A stretch of DNA of 57,382 nucleotides from Candidatus Levyibacteriota bacterium (GTDB lineage Bacteria > Patescibacteriota > Microgenomatia > Levybacterales > UBA12049), in contig DAIDHL010000007.1 in the NCBI GenBank assembly GCA_027459745.1, forward strand, positions 1-57,382, read 5' to 3'. Both the position numbers and the translations under genes were made by a program. The notes below the pieces were generated by a model that was given only the letters and a program-made list of their open reading frames with translations, made no database searches and was not told the origin of the DNA. The stretch's first letter is position 1, and each line of letters opens with the position of its first letter. Positions 38,021-47,723 of the stretch are shown here, one piece after another.

Positions 38021-41000
38021 ATGAAAGACCTGTCCCTGTCCAAAGAAAGTGTACAAAAATTGACCGTTCAAGAAGCGGCAAATTATTTGCATGTCTCGAC
38101 TCAAACACTTCGTCGTTGGGATGAAAGTAGTAAATTAGTCTCCATCCGAACTCAAGGAAATCAGCGCCGTTATACTATCAAACAACTACGGGCCTTTAAA
38201 AAGTTATTACTGAAAAAGAATCCTCGCAGGGCCTTACAAAAATTAGCCCAAGAAGCTAACTTGCCTCAAACAGAAGAAATGCCTATTTCCACTGCAGAGC
38301 AAAATTTGGTAGTGCCGAAAATGGATCTTTCCTATACGGCCGAAGAAGATCTGCCACAAGAGCAATATTTAGGTCTATCAACTATAGCTGAACGTTATGC
38401 CTGGGAACAAGACAGACTGCGTGATCTGAATGAGCGAATTGCGGCTTATCAGCCTCCCGCTGATTTAATTTCCAGTGAAAATCTTTTTGCACAGGAATCA
38501 GAAGAAGCTAACAAAAAATATAAAAATCTATCTAAATATATCATTTTAACCTCAGCTGGTTTGGTTTTTACTTTATTTCTACTCAGTTCGCTTCTAATTT
38601 TTAAGCCAGAGTTATTAGGTGCTAGTTGGATGAATAATAATCTGTTTAAATCCACAGTCGCTCAGTTAGGTTTAGGTAAAAATAATTTCCAAGCTGTGCT
38701 CGGCGCTGCCAGTATCAATCCTGATTTACAATTCACAGTCTCGATCCCTTCTTTATTTAAACAAGAAACCATATTTTCTGCTTCAGTTAGTGCGCAACAA
38801 AATTTAACTGTAGGTCAGGCTTTAACTGCAAATGGTTTATCTAACTTGAATGGAGGGATAACCACCAATAATGCCAATATTGATGCAGGCGTGGGTAGCG
38901 TAACTGCAGCCAATTTGTTGTATGGCGTTAAGGCTGGTTCGGGTATTAGTATCAGCGCGGGGCAGACTCCCACGATTAGTTCGACGATCACGCAAACAAG
39001 TTTGCAAGGACAAACCGGAGCCTTAACTTTAAATGCTGGATCTGGTATTTCCATTGATGGGTTAAAGATCTCAGCCAATGATCTAGGATCTAGCCAAAAT
39101 ATTTTTAAGAATATAGCAGTCACCGGACAAAATACAATTACTGCTGGAAATAACAACGATACACTTACTTTTGCCCAGGGGGCAGGAATTACTCTGACCA
39201 CAGATTCAGCCAATAAAATTTTAACAATCGCTGCTTCAGCTGGTACAGGTGGAAATGGTCAGTGGCTGATCAATGGTACGAGCCTGTACTACACAGGTGG
39301 CAATATTGGTATAGGCACTGCAGCTCCTTTGGGTTTACTTGATGTGCAAGGGGCATCTTCGATTACTGGAATGGCAGCAGGAATTATCAATCAAACTGGG
39401 AGTGGAGATGTTTTTACAGCCAGTTCTTCGGGAGTGACTGATTTTGTTATAAAAAATAATGGTACGATACAGATGCCTGGTTTATCGACTGGCATTGCTC
39501 ATTTTGATGCCAATGGCATCTTGAGCAGTAGTCAGGTTGCTCTGGCCAGTGGAGACGTGATTGGTACATTGCCGATTAATCGCGGTGGTACCAATACTAC
39601 CTATCTGGGCCAGGCAGGCGCGATTGCTTACTCTAACGGAACTTACTATGATTTCACTACCCAGGGAACGGCAAATCAATGTCTAGTATCCAATGGCTCG
39701 GGAGCGCCAGGATGGGGAAATTGTATTTTAGGAGTAAATTATTGGCAACAAGGGAGTGGGGCAATCTCACCAGGGAATGAGACGAATGACGTCTTGATCG
39801 GGAACACCGCCACTAGCTCGGCGGCTTTTGCGTTTTCAGGTGTACTGGCAAACACGCGTACAGCGAGTATCAGTGGTAACTTATCTATAGCTGTTCCCAC
39901 TGGAGTAAGTGGTTCCAACAGTTTAAATATTTTCAATGGGGGGTCACTGTCTTTCAAAGTCTCACCTGGAGGCAACAGTGGTTTGAATTCCAGTTTCGTT
40001 TTGAACAGTAATGGTAGTGTCCAATTGCCAAATTTAACTACAGGTGTAGCTCATCTTAGCTCAAATGGCATATTAAGTAGCACTTTGATAGATTTAACGA
40101 GTGCTGCCGACCTAACAGGAATTTTGCCCATCAGCTTTGGTGGTACTAATACAGGTACTTTGGGCAGTGCAGGTACGGTTGCTTACTCTGATGGCACCAG
40201 CTATAACTTTACTGTTCAAGGAAATCCCGGCCAGGTTTTAATTTCAAACGGCTCTAGTGCGCCTTCTTGGGTAAGCTCGGGTTCGGTTGGTACTAATTAC
40301 TGGAATGAAGGAAATGGAGTGATTACTCCTGCTGATAATTCAGTAGATCTCTTGACAGGTGGGCAATCGACGTCTTCAGCAGCTTTTGCCTTTATCGGTA
40401 CGACGACCAATACTCGTTCTGCCTCTATTTCGGGCAATCTTTCTTTAAGTGTTCCAATTGGAAATAATTCCGGTGATAGCGTAAATATGTTAAACGGCGG
40501 ATCGCTGAGTTTCAATTTGTCTGCTGGCGGTGATAGCGGTTTAGCATCATTGTTCAAGTTAAATAGTAATGGAAGCGTACAATTTCCTAGTCTAAGTACC
40601 GGAATTGCTCATCTGAGTAATACAGGTGTGTTATCCAGTAGCTTGGTTAATCTTGCTGCGGATGTAACAGGGGTGTTGCCGTTAGCTAATGGTGGAACTA
40701 ATTCTAACTCGGTTGGTACAGCTGGTACGGTAGTTTATTCAAATGGAAGTTCATATCAATTTACGACTGCTGGTAATTTGGGGGATGTTTTAATTTCTAA
40801 CGGCACAGGTGCTCCCACATGGACTAGCTCAAGTTCAGTCGGGGTAAATTATTGGAACGAACTTGCTGGTACTGTTTCACCAAAATATTTAAGTAATGAT
40901 TTATTACTGGGTGGAACATCCACACAAAGCGCTAAGTTTGCATTTCTCAACAATTCAGGTATAGGTAATCCGACTGCTTCGATCTCAGGTAATTTGGCTT

Positions 41001-44000
41001 TGTCTGTGCCAACAGGGGCTAATCCTAATGCTGCCTTGAATGTCTTAAATGGAGGTAGCTTATCTTTGCAAACTAGTCCCGGTGGAGATAATGGTTTAAA
41101 TACTGCTTTATATTTAGCTGCGGGCGGTAGTGTAGGGATTGGTAACACCAATCCTAAAGCGAAACTAGATATTAGTGGGGCAGTTCGTTTAGGAGCAGCA
41201 GGTGGGAATAATGATATTCTAAATACGTCTGCCGCAGTTGGAGCTCCTTCCGGAGATTTGTATTGGGGTAACGAGGTTTTGTGTAATTCTACTGGTAATT
41301 GTGTAGGATCAGGGGGTACGGTTGGGGGGAATGGCACGGCTAATTACTTAGCTAAATTTACCGGTACCTTCAACTTAGGTAACGGTGATATTTATGACAA
41401 TGGAAATATTGGCATTGGTACTACCAATCCTTTGGCTCTCTTGCATATCGAAGGTGGTAATACCGGAGGGAATGCGGTAGCTATATTTAATCAAATCGGC
41501 AGTTCTAATAATGATATCTTTACGGCCAGTTCAGCTGGTATCACTAAATTTACGATTGCCAATGATGGTACGATTACAGATAAGAAATATTCAACTGGTC
41601 TGGCCCATATCAATTCTAATGGTAGCTTCAGTAGTAGTGCTGTTGACTTGACTAGTAGTGATGTCACAAATATATTGCCTATTGCCAAAGGAGGTACTGG
41701 CAATATGTCTTTAGGGTCATATGGTGGGGTAGCCTGGGCTGATACAGTAGACAATGAAATAGCATACACCGCTGCTGCGACATCCCAGGGGCAAGTCTTA
41801 GTTTGGGGCCCCTTTGGCTATCCAGTGTGGCAGAATTCTTCCAGCGTAGGAGCTAATGATTGGCAAATAATTGGAGGAGCGCTATCGCCTATAAATAATG
41901 CCAATGATTTCTTGCTTGGTTCTTCCTCTACCAGTAGTGCGGTATTTGCTGTAACAAAGATGAGTTACAATGATCCATCTTATATTTTCCACTCAAATTT
42001 ATCCTTGACTGTTCCTGGAGGGTCATCTGGAACTCAAACCTTACAAATACTTAATGGAAGTTCTTTAACCACACAGACAGCAAATGTGGGCAATACTAGT
42101 TTTATAAATGATGTTTTCGATATCAATAATAATGGTACGATCAGTATTGGCCAATCAGGGGGTAGCTCTACTTTAAATGTCGGTGGTACTGGTAATTTTA
42201 CAAGTAATCTATCAATTGGAGCCAGTGGAAAAACAGCTTTGTTGTTAACAAATAGCGGTAGTAATACTGGCTTAACGATTGCTGGTACTAATGGAAATGT
42301 CGATTTGTATAATTCAGGTTCACAAATTTTAGGGACAGACAATAATTTTAGTATAAATGGAGGAATAAACAATGGTAATGCAGCCTTAAGTGTAAACCAA
42401 AATGGAGCTTTGACAAACGATATCTTTACTGCCAGTAGTTCGGGTGTTACTAAATTTACGATTGCCAATGATGGCACAATTACTGCAGGTGGTACAGCTT
42501 ACGCTACTGGTTCAATTGGCATTGCTCATTTTTCTGCCTCAGGAGTATTAAGTAGTGGCCCAGTACATCTGGAGAGTAATGAGGTTACGGGAACTTTGGG
42601 TATCAATGATGGAGGAACCAATACTACCTCGATCGGCTTGGGTGGTACAGTTGTTTATTCTGATGGCACGCGTTATCAGTTTACTGGCGTAGGGACAACT
42701 GGGCAATGTTTAATTTCCAATGGCTCAGGTGCACCGGCATGGACCAATTGTGGAAGTGGAATTTGGAATCAAGCTAGTGGTGCCATCTATGCCAATAATT
42801 CGACTCAGGATTTATTGTTAGGGGGTAATAGTACATCGAGTGCAAAGTTCGCCTTTTTGAATGATAATTCAGGTATACCAGTCGCAAGTATTTCAGCTAA
42901 CAGTACAAATAACGCAACTTACTTATCAGGAGCAGGTGTGTTGGGGACTACTAATACTCAGACTTTAACGCTGGGGTCAAGTAGTACTGGAAATATAATT
43001 GTGAATCCTCGTAATAGTGCGGTAGGTGGTTACTTGGCGCCTGCAACTGATAATGTAACTGACCTAGGGGCGACTGGCTCTGCCAGATTTAGAAACTTAT
43101 TTTTAGGACCTGGATCTTTACATATACAATGTACAGTTACTGAAGGCTGTGGAAGCGTTAGTCAATTATATGATTATGCTTTGGGAGTTAACCCCGCCAA
43201 TAATAATTTTGCTTTTAGGGTCAATGGTAATGAAGAGGTGTCGATTAATAGCGCTGGAACATTAGGTTTAGCGGGTGCCAGCGCGACTGGTGGCAATTAT
43301 ATTACCAGTTCTAATTTTAACGTCACGACGGCCGGTGCAGTTAACGCAGCCAGCACTATCACCGGTACAAACATTAATGGCACAACTGGCATTAATTCCG
43401 GCATAGGTGCAGGGACACAAAGAATTGATAATAACGGTAATTTAGTGAACATTGGCAATATCACAGCTTCGGGTACGATTAATTTTACAGGTTTAGGAAA
43501 TGGAGTTTTACAAGCTTCTTCTGGCTTGTTGTCAGCTACCACTGTTGGTGTGTCTAGTGGTGGAACTGGGGTAAGTAGTGTTGGTGCTGCTGGTTCTCTT
43601 GCATATAGTAATGGGAGTAGTTATTCGTTTACTACCGCTGGTACCACTGGACAATGTTTGATATCCAATGGTTCAAGTGCACCGACTTGGGGAAGTTGTG
43701 GATCAGGTGGAGGGGGAGGTACTAGTTTGTTTGCCGATGGAAATGGTTCTATATATCCGCTGAATGCCACAGAAGATTTGTTCATTGGTGGAACAAGTAC
43801 ATCCTCAGCCAAGTTTGCTTTCTTAAATAATAATACTGGTACGCCAGTTGCCTCTATTTCTGCAAACTCAGGTAATAATGCTACGTTTATATCTGGTGAT
43901 GGTTATATCAGTGCTACCAATAAGCAAAATCTAAATTTTGGTAACAACCTAACATACAATTCGACGGGTAATCTATTATTTAACACCAATGGTGTTGGTT

Positions 44001-47000
44001 ATGCAGGATTTGGGACTACCAATCCAGTTGTGCCATTACAACTTACTGTAGGTGGTACAGCTTCTGTCAATGTTTCGGATGCAGGGACAGCTTTATTAAT
44101 TTCGGCTACCAATACGGCAGGTAGTTGGTCAGCAGCGGCTATCCAATCCGGAACAACTGGTAATGCGACTTTATATTTAGGCAATAGCAGTAATGAAACA
44201 GCAGGGGCAGTACGTTATGACAACGCCAATAATGTTTTGCGATTATTTACTAACGGTACTGACAAATTTGATATCAACAGTACTGGGAACTTGAGTGCAG
44301 TTGGCTCACTTAGCGGATTAACCGGTTTAGCATCATCAGGTACAATTAATTTTTCCGGGTTAGGAACTGGAGCAGTAGTTGCCTCCTCTGGTATATTATC
44401 TGCAGGTACTTTGAGTGTCGGTAATGGGGGGACTAATGCCGTAAGTGTTGGGTCTGCTGGCTCAATTGCTTATAGCACTGGTGCTGCCTATGCATTTACA
44501 GCAGTTGGGTCTACTAATCAGTGTTTGTTGTCTAATGGATCAGGTACGCCAACCTGGGGAAGTTGTGGGGGAAGTAGTTTGTTTGTGAACAATGCAACAG
44601 ACAGTACTTTAACTAGAAGTGGAAGTGGTCCATATACCCTGGGTTTAAATCTAGGTAATGCTAATACCTGGACAGCACTTCAAACCTTCAATGGAGGATT
44701 AACAGTAGCAGGAACAACCAATATCAACACAAGTGGAACGTCCAGTACTAATATAGGAACATCAACCAACACCGGGAATGTAGCTATTGGGAACAGTACA
44801 GGCACATTTGCCTTAACATCCAATGGTGGATTAAACGTAACCACAGGGGGAGCACTAACAGGAGTAGCATCTTTGGATACTATCACCACGAGTGCAACTG
44901 CTTTAACATTTGCCAATGCAGGATCACTAACCGCAAGTGGGACAAATACATTAACACTCAATGGTTCATCCACCGGCAATATTCAGTTTTTCAGTGGAAG
45001 CAATACATTAAGTAGTGCCGGTTCCTTAACTCTAGCGGGGAATATATCAGCAGCCGGAACAACAGGACTAACCTTATCAGGTAATGGTGCGGCTATAAAA
45101 TTTACCGGAGCAGTCAATAATTACAACTCGATTACCACGGCAAATAATAATAATTTGGCTCTTTTACCCAATGGTACTGGAAATGTCGGTATTGGTACCA
45201 CTACACCGGGTTCATTACTGACGGTAGCTGGGAATATTTCAAACATTGCTAATGACAATGCCAATTATGCTCCTACCTATGTTAGTCAAAATAGTGATTC
45301 TAATTTGAATACTCCATATGGTTTATTCGTACAAGGTAATTATGTTTATTTAACCAATGACAATACCACTGGTAAGCTATCGGTTTATAATATATCCAGT
45401 GGGGTTCCTGTGTATGTGGGTCAGAATAGTGATTCTAATTTAAATAGTCCATTAGCAGTAGCGGTGGCAGGTAGATATGCATATGTGCCAAGTGAAGGAA
45501 CAAACAAATTAGTTACTTATGATATATCTACTGGTACACCAGTTTATGTAGGACAAAATAGTGATGCTAATTTGAGCAACCCGTGGGATATAGCCGTAGC
45601 AGGTAGATATGCTTATGTAGCAAGTTATGGTACGAATAAGTTAGTAAGTTATGATATCACTAGTGGGACACCGGTCTATGTGGGACAGAATAGTGATAGT
45701 AATCTATCAAACCCCACAGCGGTTTATGTATCCGGACGATATGCTTATGTGATAAGCAGTGGGACAAATAAATTATCGGTTTATGACATTTCTAGTGGGA
45801 TACCGGTCTATGTGGGACAGAACAGTGATAGTAATATTAGTAGTTCTTCAGGCGTTTATACAGAAGGTAAATATGCTTATGTATTAAATAGTAGTAAGTT
45901 ACTAGTTTATGACATTTCTAGTGGGACACCGGTCTATGTGGGACAGAATAGTGATAGTAATATATCTTCAGCCTTTGGATTTACTGTTTCTGGTAGGTAT
46001 GCCTTTATTAGCACTTCTTTTCCAAGCAACATTGCAGTATATGATCTTTATAGCGGGACTCCTGTCTATATAGGTAAAAATACTGATTCTAATTTGCTTT
46101 ATCCTCGTAGTGTTATGGTTTTTGGTAATAATATTTATGTGGCTAATGGAGGGGATAATAAGGTGGATATATATAATGTGGGGGGAATCCAAACTACTTC
46201 GATTATTGCTCATTCAGCTGAATTAGGCAATTTGAGTATAGACACTAATGCCCAGATTGCTAATAGTTTAAGTATAGGAGGAGGATTGAATATAGGTAGT
46301 GGAGGACTGTACAGCAAAGGCAGTATTTCGACTAATTCTAACATGCTTATTCAAGGCGCAGGTCTTTGTGTCACGAGCAATGCCGCTGGTTGTCAAAAAC
46401 TTTATGCTGCTGGGACGATTGATGCGACAAGTAGCTTGGTAACCGGTGCCGACGTGGCGGAAAATTATGTTTCCTCTCAAACTCTATTGCCCGGAGAAGT
46501 AGTAGCTATGGCCAACGATGGTAATTCTAACGCAGTTGTTGCTACGACCTCTATTAATCAGAATGGATTATTGGGAGTTGTTTCTACCAATCCTGGTGTA
46601 ACAGTTAATTCTGGTGCCCAAATGGATTCTACCCACCCTAATATTTATCCTATTGCTTTGGTAGGACGCATTCCGGTTCGAGTATCAAGTGCTAATGGTC
46701 CAATTAGCGTGGGTGATCCATTGACGTCATCCAGTATACCTGGTGTGGCTGTCAAAGCAACTAAACCGGGGGTAATTATCGGACGCGCGTTGGAGTCATA
46801 TACTAATTCGGATCAATATATTATTGGTACAATCACTGCTTATTCCAATGTGTCATATTATGATCCGACTGCTGCACAATATGCGATTACCAGTAATGGT
46901 TTATTAGCCGTTACTAATGGTAATAGTTCTACTAGTTCAAACACTAATAGTGTCGCAACAGCGAGTGCTATATTGGGAGATGCCACTAGTTCTACACAGT

Positions 47001-47683
47001 CAGCTAGCTTGACTGATCAAGTTACTGCTTTACAACAACAAGTAAGTCAGAACAGTGAACAGATTAGCTCTTTGCAAAAATTGCTTAATCAAGTCGGTTC
47101 AACTTCAGCAAGTTTAGAACAATTGACTTCACTGCTAGCCTCGTCGTCTGCTTTGCCCACGAACTTTGCCACAGGGCAGGATTTGAATATTCAATCTGCG
47201 ACCATATCAGCAGATTTGCAAGTCTTGGGTAAGACCACGGTTAATGATCTAGGGGTCACCGGAAATATCACTACTGGGCTGTTAACCATTGATGGTTTGA
47301 ATGGTAGTATAGATAACATTGCTCAACCATTGAAATTGCAACCAGAAGCCTTAACTACGATTGAGATGGAAGGTGGAAATGTCGTTATTGCTACCAATGG
47401 GGATATTACTACTAAAGGTGTGATTAATGTAGCTAAGGTCAATGTGGATGAATCAAATCTATCAACGGCTAGTGTAGGACAGGGTACAATTAAAGCAGGT
47501 AGTACGTCGGTTATGATTAATACCACTTCTGTGACCGATAAATCACATATCTTTGTCACAGTCAGAGGAAGTAATGCAGTCCCATTATCCGTTGCAACCA
47601 CAGTATCCGGTAAATCATTTAGTGTGGTGATGCCCACAGCTCAATCCTCAGATGTAAAGTTTGATTGGTGGATAGTGAATTAA
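38021..47683 (+). CDS. Giant surface fibre protein (3220 aa): N-terminal excisionase/MerR-type HTH, one TM segment, ~185-aa repeat modules, 7-bladed LVIVD-type beta-propeller, conserved C-terminal modules ending in WWIVN
   Basis: HTH at aa 14-59. TM segment YIILTSAGLVFTLFLLSSLLIF (nt 38537-38602). Recurrent LPxxxGGTN, GQxLxSNGSGAPxW and STSSAKFAF motifs. Seven PVYVGQNSDSNL...YAYV...KLxVYDISSGT repeats. DVAENY...GDPLTSSSIPGVAVKAT module. Terminal KFDWWIVN. Confidence 0.92.
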   Translation: MKDLSLSKESVQKLTVQEAANYLHVSTQTLRRWDESSKLVSIRTQGNQRRYTIKQLRAFKKLLLKKNPRRALQKLAQEANLPQTEEMPISTAEQNLVVPKMDLSYTAEEDLPQEQYLGLSTIAERYAWEQDRLRDLNERIAAYQPPADLISSENLFAQESEEANKKYKNLSKYIILTSAGLVFTLFLLSSLLIFKPELLGASWMNNNLFKSTVAQLGLGKNNFQAVLGAASINPDLQFTVSIPSLFKQETIFSASVSAQQNLTVGQALTANGLSNLNGGITTNNANIDAGVGSVTAANLLYGVKAGSGISISAGQTPTISSTITQTSLQGQTGALTLNAGSGISIDGLKISANDLGSSQNIFKNIAVTGQNTITAGNNNDTLTFAQGAGITLTTDSANKILTIAASAGTGGNGQWLINGTSLYYTGGNIGIGTAAPLGLLDVQGASSITGMAAGIINQTGSGDVFTASSSGVTDFVIKNNGTIQMPGLSTGIAHFDANGILSSSQVALASGDVIGTLPINRGGTNTTYLGQAGAIAYSNGTYYDFTTQGTANQCLVSNGSGAPGWGNCILGVNYWQQGSGAISPGNETNDVLIGNTATSSAAFAFSGVLANTRTASISGNLSIAVPTGVSGSNSLNIFNGGSLSFKVSPGGNSGLNSSFVLNSNGSVQLPNLTTGVAHLSSNGILSSTLIDLTSAADLTGILPISFGGTNTGTLGSAGTVAYSDGTSYNFTVQGNPGQVLISNGSSAPSWVSSGSVGTNYWNEGNGVITPADNSVDLLTGGQSTSSAAFAFIGTTTNTRSASISGNLSLSVPIGNNSGDSVNMLNGGSLSFNLSAGGDSGLASLFKLNSNGSVQFPSLSTGIAHLSNTGVLSSSLVNLAADVTGVLPLANGGTNSNSVGTAGTVVYSNGSSYQFTTAGNLGDVLISNGTGAPTWTSSSSVGVNYWNELAGTVSPKYLSNDLLLGGTSTQSAKFAFLNNSGIGNPTASISGNLALSVPTGANPNAALNVLNGGSLSLQTSPGGDNGLNTALYLAAGGSVGIGNTNPKAKLDISGAVRLGAAGGNNDILNTSAAVGAPSGDLYWGNEVLCNSTGNCVGSGGTVGGNGTANYLAKFTGTFNLGNGDIYDNGNIGIGTTNPLALLHIEGGNTGGNAVAIFNQIGSSNNDIFTASSAGITKFTIANDGTITDKKYSTGLAHINSNGSFSSSAVDLTSSDVTNILPIAKGGTGNMSLGSYGGVAWADTVDNEIAYTAAATSQGQVLVWGPFGYPVWQNSSSVGANDWQIIGGALSPINNANDFLLGSSSTSSAVFAVTKMSYNDPSYIFHSNLSLTVPGGSSGTQTLQILNGSSLTTQTANVGNTSFINDVFDINNNGTISIGQSGGSSTLNVGGTGNFTSNLSIGASGKTALLLTNSGSNTGLTIAGTNGNVDLYNSGSQILGTDNNFSINGGINNGNAALSVNQNGALTNDIFTASSSGVTKFTIANDGTITAGGTAYATGSIGIAHFSASGVLSSGPVHLESNEVTGTLGINDGGTNTTSIGLGGTVVYSDGTRYQFTGVGTTGQCLISNGSGAPAWTNCGSGIWNQASGAIYANNSTQDLLLGGNSTSSAKFAFLNDNSGIPVASISANSTNNATYLSGAGVLGTTNTQTLTLGSSSTGNIIVNPRNSAVGGYLAPATDNVTDLGATGSARFRNLFLGPGSLHIQCTVTEGCGSVSQLYDYALGVNPANNNFAFRVNGNEEVSINSAGTLGLAGASATGGNYITSSNFNVTTAGAVNAASTITGTNINGTTGINSGIGAGTQRIDNNGNLVNIGNITASGTINFTGLGNGVLQASSGLLSATTVGVSSGGTGVSSVGAAGSLAYSNGSSYSFTTAGTTGQCLISNGSSAPTWGSCGSGGGGGTSLFADGNGSIYPLNATEDLFIGGTSTSSAKFAFLNNNTGTPVASISANSGNNATFISGDGYISATNKQNLNFGNNLTYNSTGNLLFNTNGVGYAGFGTTNPVVPLQLTVGGTASVNVSDAGTALLISATNTAGSWSAAAIQSGTTGNATLYLGNSSNETAGAVRYDNANNVLRLFTNGTDKFDINSTGNLSAVGSLSGLTGLASSGTINFSGLGTGAVVASSGILSAGTLSVGNGGTNAVSVGSAGSIAYSTGAAYAFTAVGSTNQCLLSNGSGTPTWGSCGGSSLFVNNATDSTLTRSGSGPYTLGLNLGNANTWTALQTFNGGLTVAGTTNINTSGTSSTNIGTSTNTGNVAIGNSTGTFALTSNGGLNVTTGGALTGVASLDTITTSATALTFANAGSLTASGTNTLTLNGSSTGNIQFFSGSNTLSSAGSLTLAGNISAAGTTGLTLSGNGAAIKFTGAVNNYNSITTANNNNLALLPNGTGNVGIGTTTPGSLLTVAGNISNIANDNANYAPTYVSQNSDSNLNTPYGLFVQGNYVYLTNDNTTGKLSVYNISSGVPVYVGQNSDSNLNSPLAVAVAGRYAYVPSEGTNKLVTYDISTGTPVYVGQNSDANLSNPWDIAVAGRYAYVASYGTNKLVSYDITSGTPVYVGQNSDSNLSNPTAVYVSGRYAYVISSGTNKLSVYDISSGIPVYVGQNSDSNISSSSGVYTEGKYAYVLNSSKLLVYDISSGTPVYVGQNSDSNISSAFGFTVSGRYAFISTSFPSNIAVYDLYSGTPVYIGKNTDSNLLYPRSVMVFGNNIYVANGGDNKVDIYNVGGIQTTSIIAHSAELGNLSIDTNAQIANSLSIGGGLNIGSGGLYSKGSISTNSNMLIQGAGLCVTSNAAGCQKLYAAGTIDATSSLVTGADVAENYVSSQTLLPGEVVAMANDGNSNAVVATTSINQNGLLGVVSTNPGVTVNSGAQMDSTHPNIYPIALVGRIPVRVSSANGPISVGDPLTSSSIPGVAVKATKPGVIIGRALESYTNSDQYIIGTITAYSNVSYYDPTAAQYAITSNGLLAVTNGNSSTSSNTNSVATASAILGDATSSTQSASLTDQVTALQQQVSQNSEQISSLQKLLNQVGSTSASLEQLTSLLASSSALPTNFATGQDLNIQSATISADLQVLGKTTVNDLGVTGNITTGLLTIDGLNGSIDNIAQPLKLQPEALTTIEMEGGNVVIATNGDITTKGVINVAKVNVDESNLSTASVGQGTIKAGSTSVMINTTSVTDKSHIFVTVRGSNAVPLSVATTVSGKSFSVVMPTAQSSDVKFDWWIVN
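39731..44600 (+). repeat. Array of ~6-7 divergent ~185-aa repeat modules inside the 3220-aa gene
   Basis: Modules restart at about nt 39731 (GVNYWQQGSGAISP), 40289 (GTNYWNEGNGVITP), 40841 (GVNYWNELAGTVSP), 41848, 42760, 43720 and 44574. Each contains the STSSA(A/K)FAF and LPxxxGGTN...YSNGxxYxFT...SNGSGAPxW blocks. Boundaries are approximate. Confidence 0.75.
45266..46186 (+). repeat. Seven tandem ~43-aa LVIVD-like beta-propeller blades with partly identical DNA
   Basis: A repeat unit of ~129 nt. The 40+ nt string ccggtctatgtgggacagaatagtgatagtaat recurs almost exactly at ~45672, ~45803 and ~45929. Confidence 0.8.
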
Positions 47684-47723
47684 TTTACAATAAATGGTTA
47701 AATTGATAAATTATTAAATTGTT

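Noticed and set aside
38449-47637. Numerous 60-160 aa minus-strand ORFs inside the 3220-aa gene (e.g. 38815..39213, 40849..41337, 42034..42477, 47323..47637)
   Set aside because: All lie antisense to one continuous 9.6-kb ORF with clear repeat and domain structure. Their translations are Pro/Val/Leu-rich mirror images of a Gly/Thr/Ser/Asn-rich frame, with no starts in good context. They are open by compositional accident.
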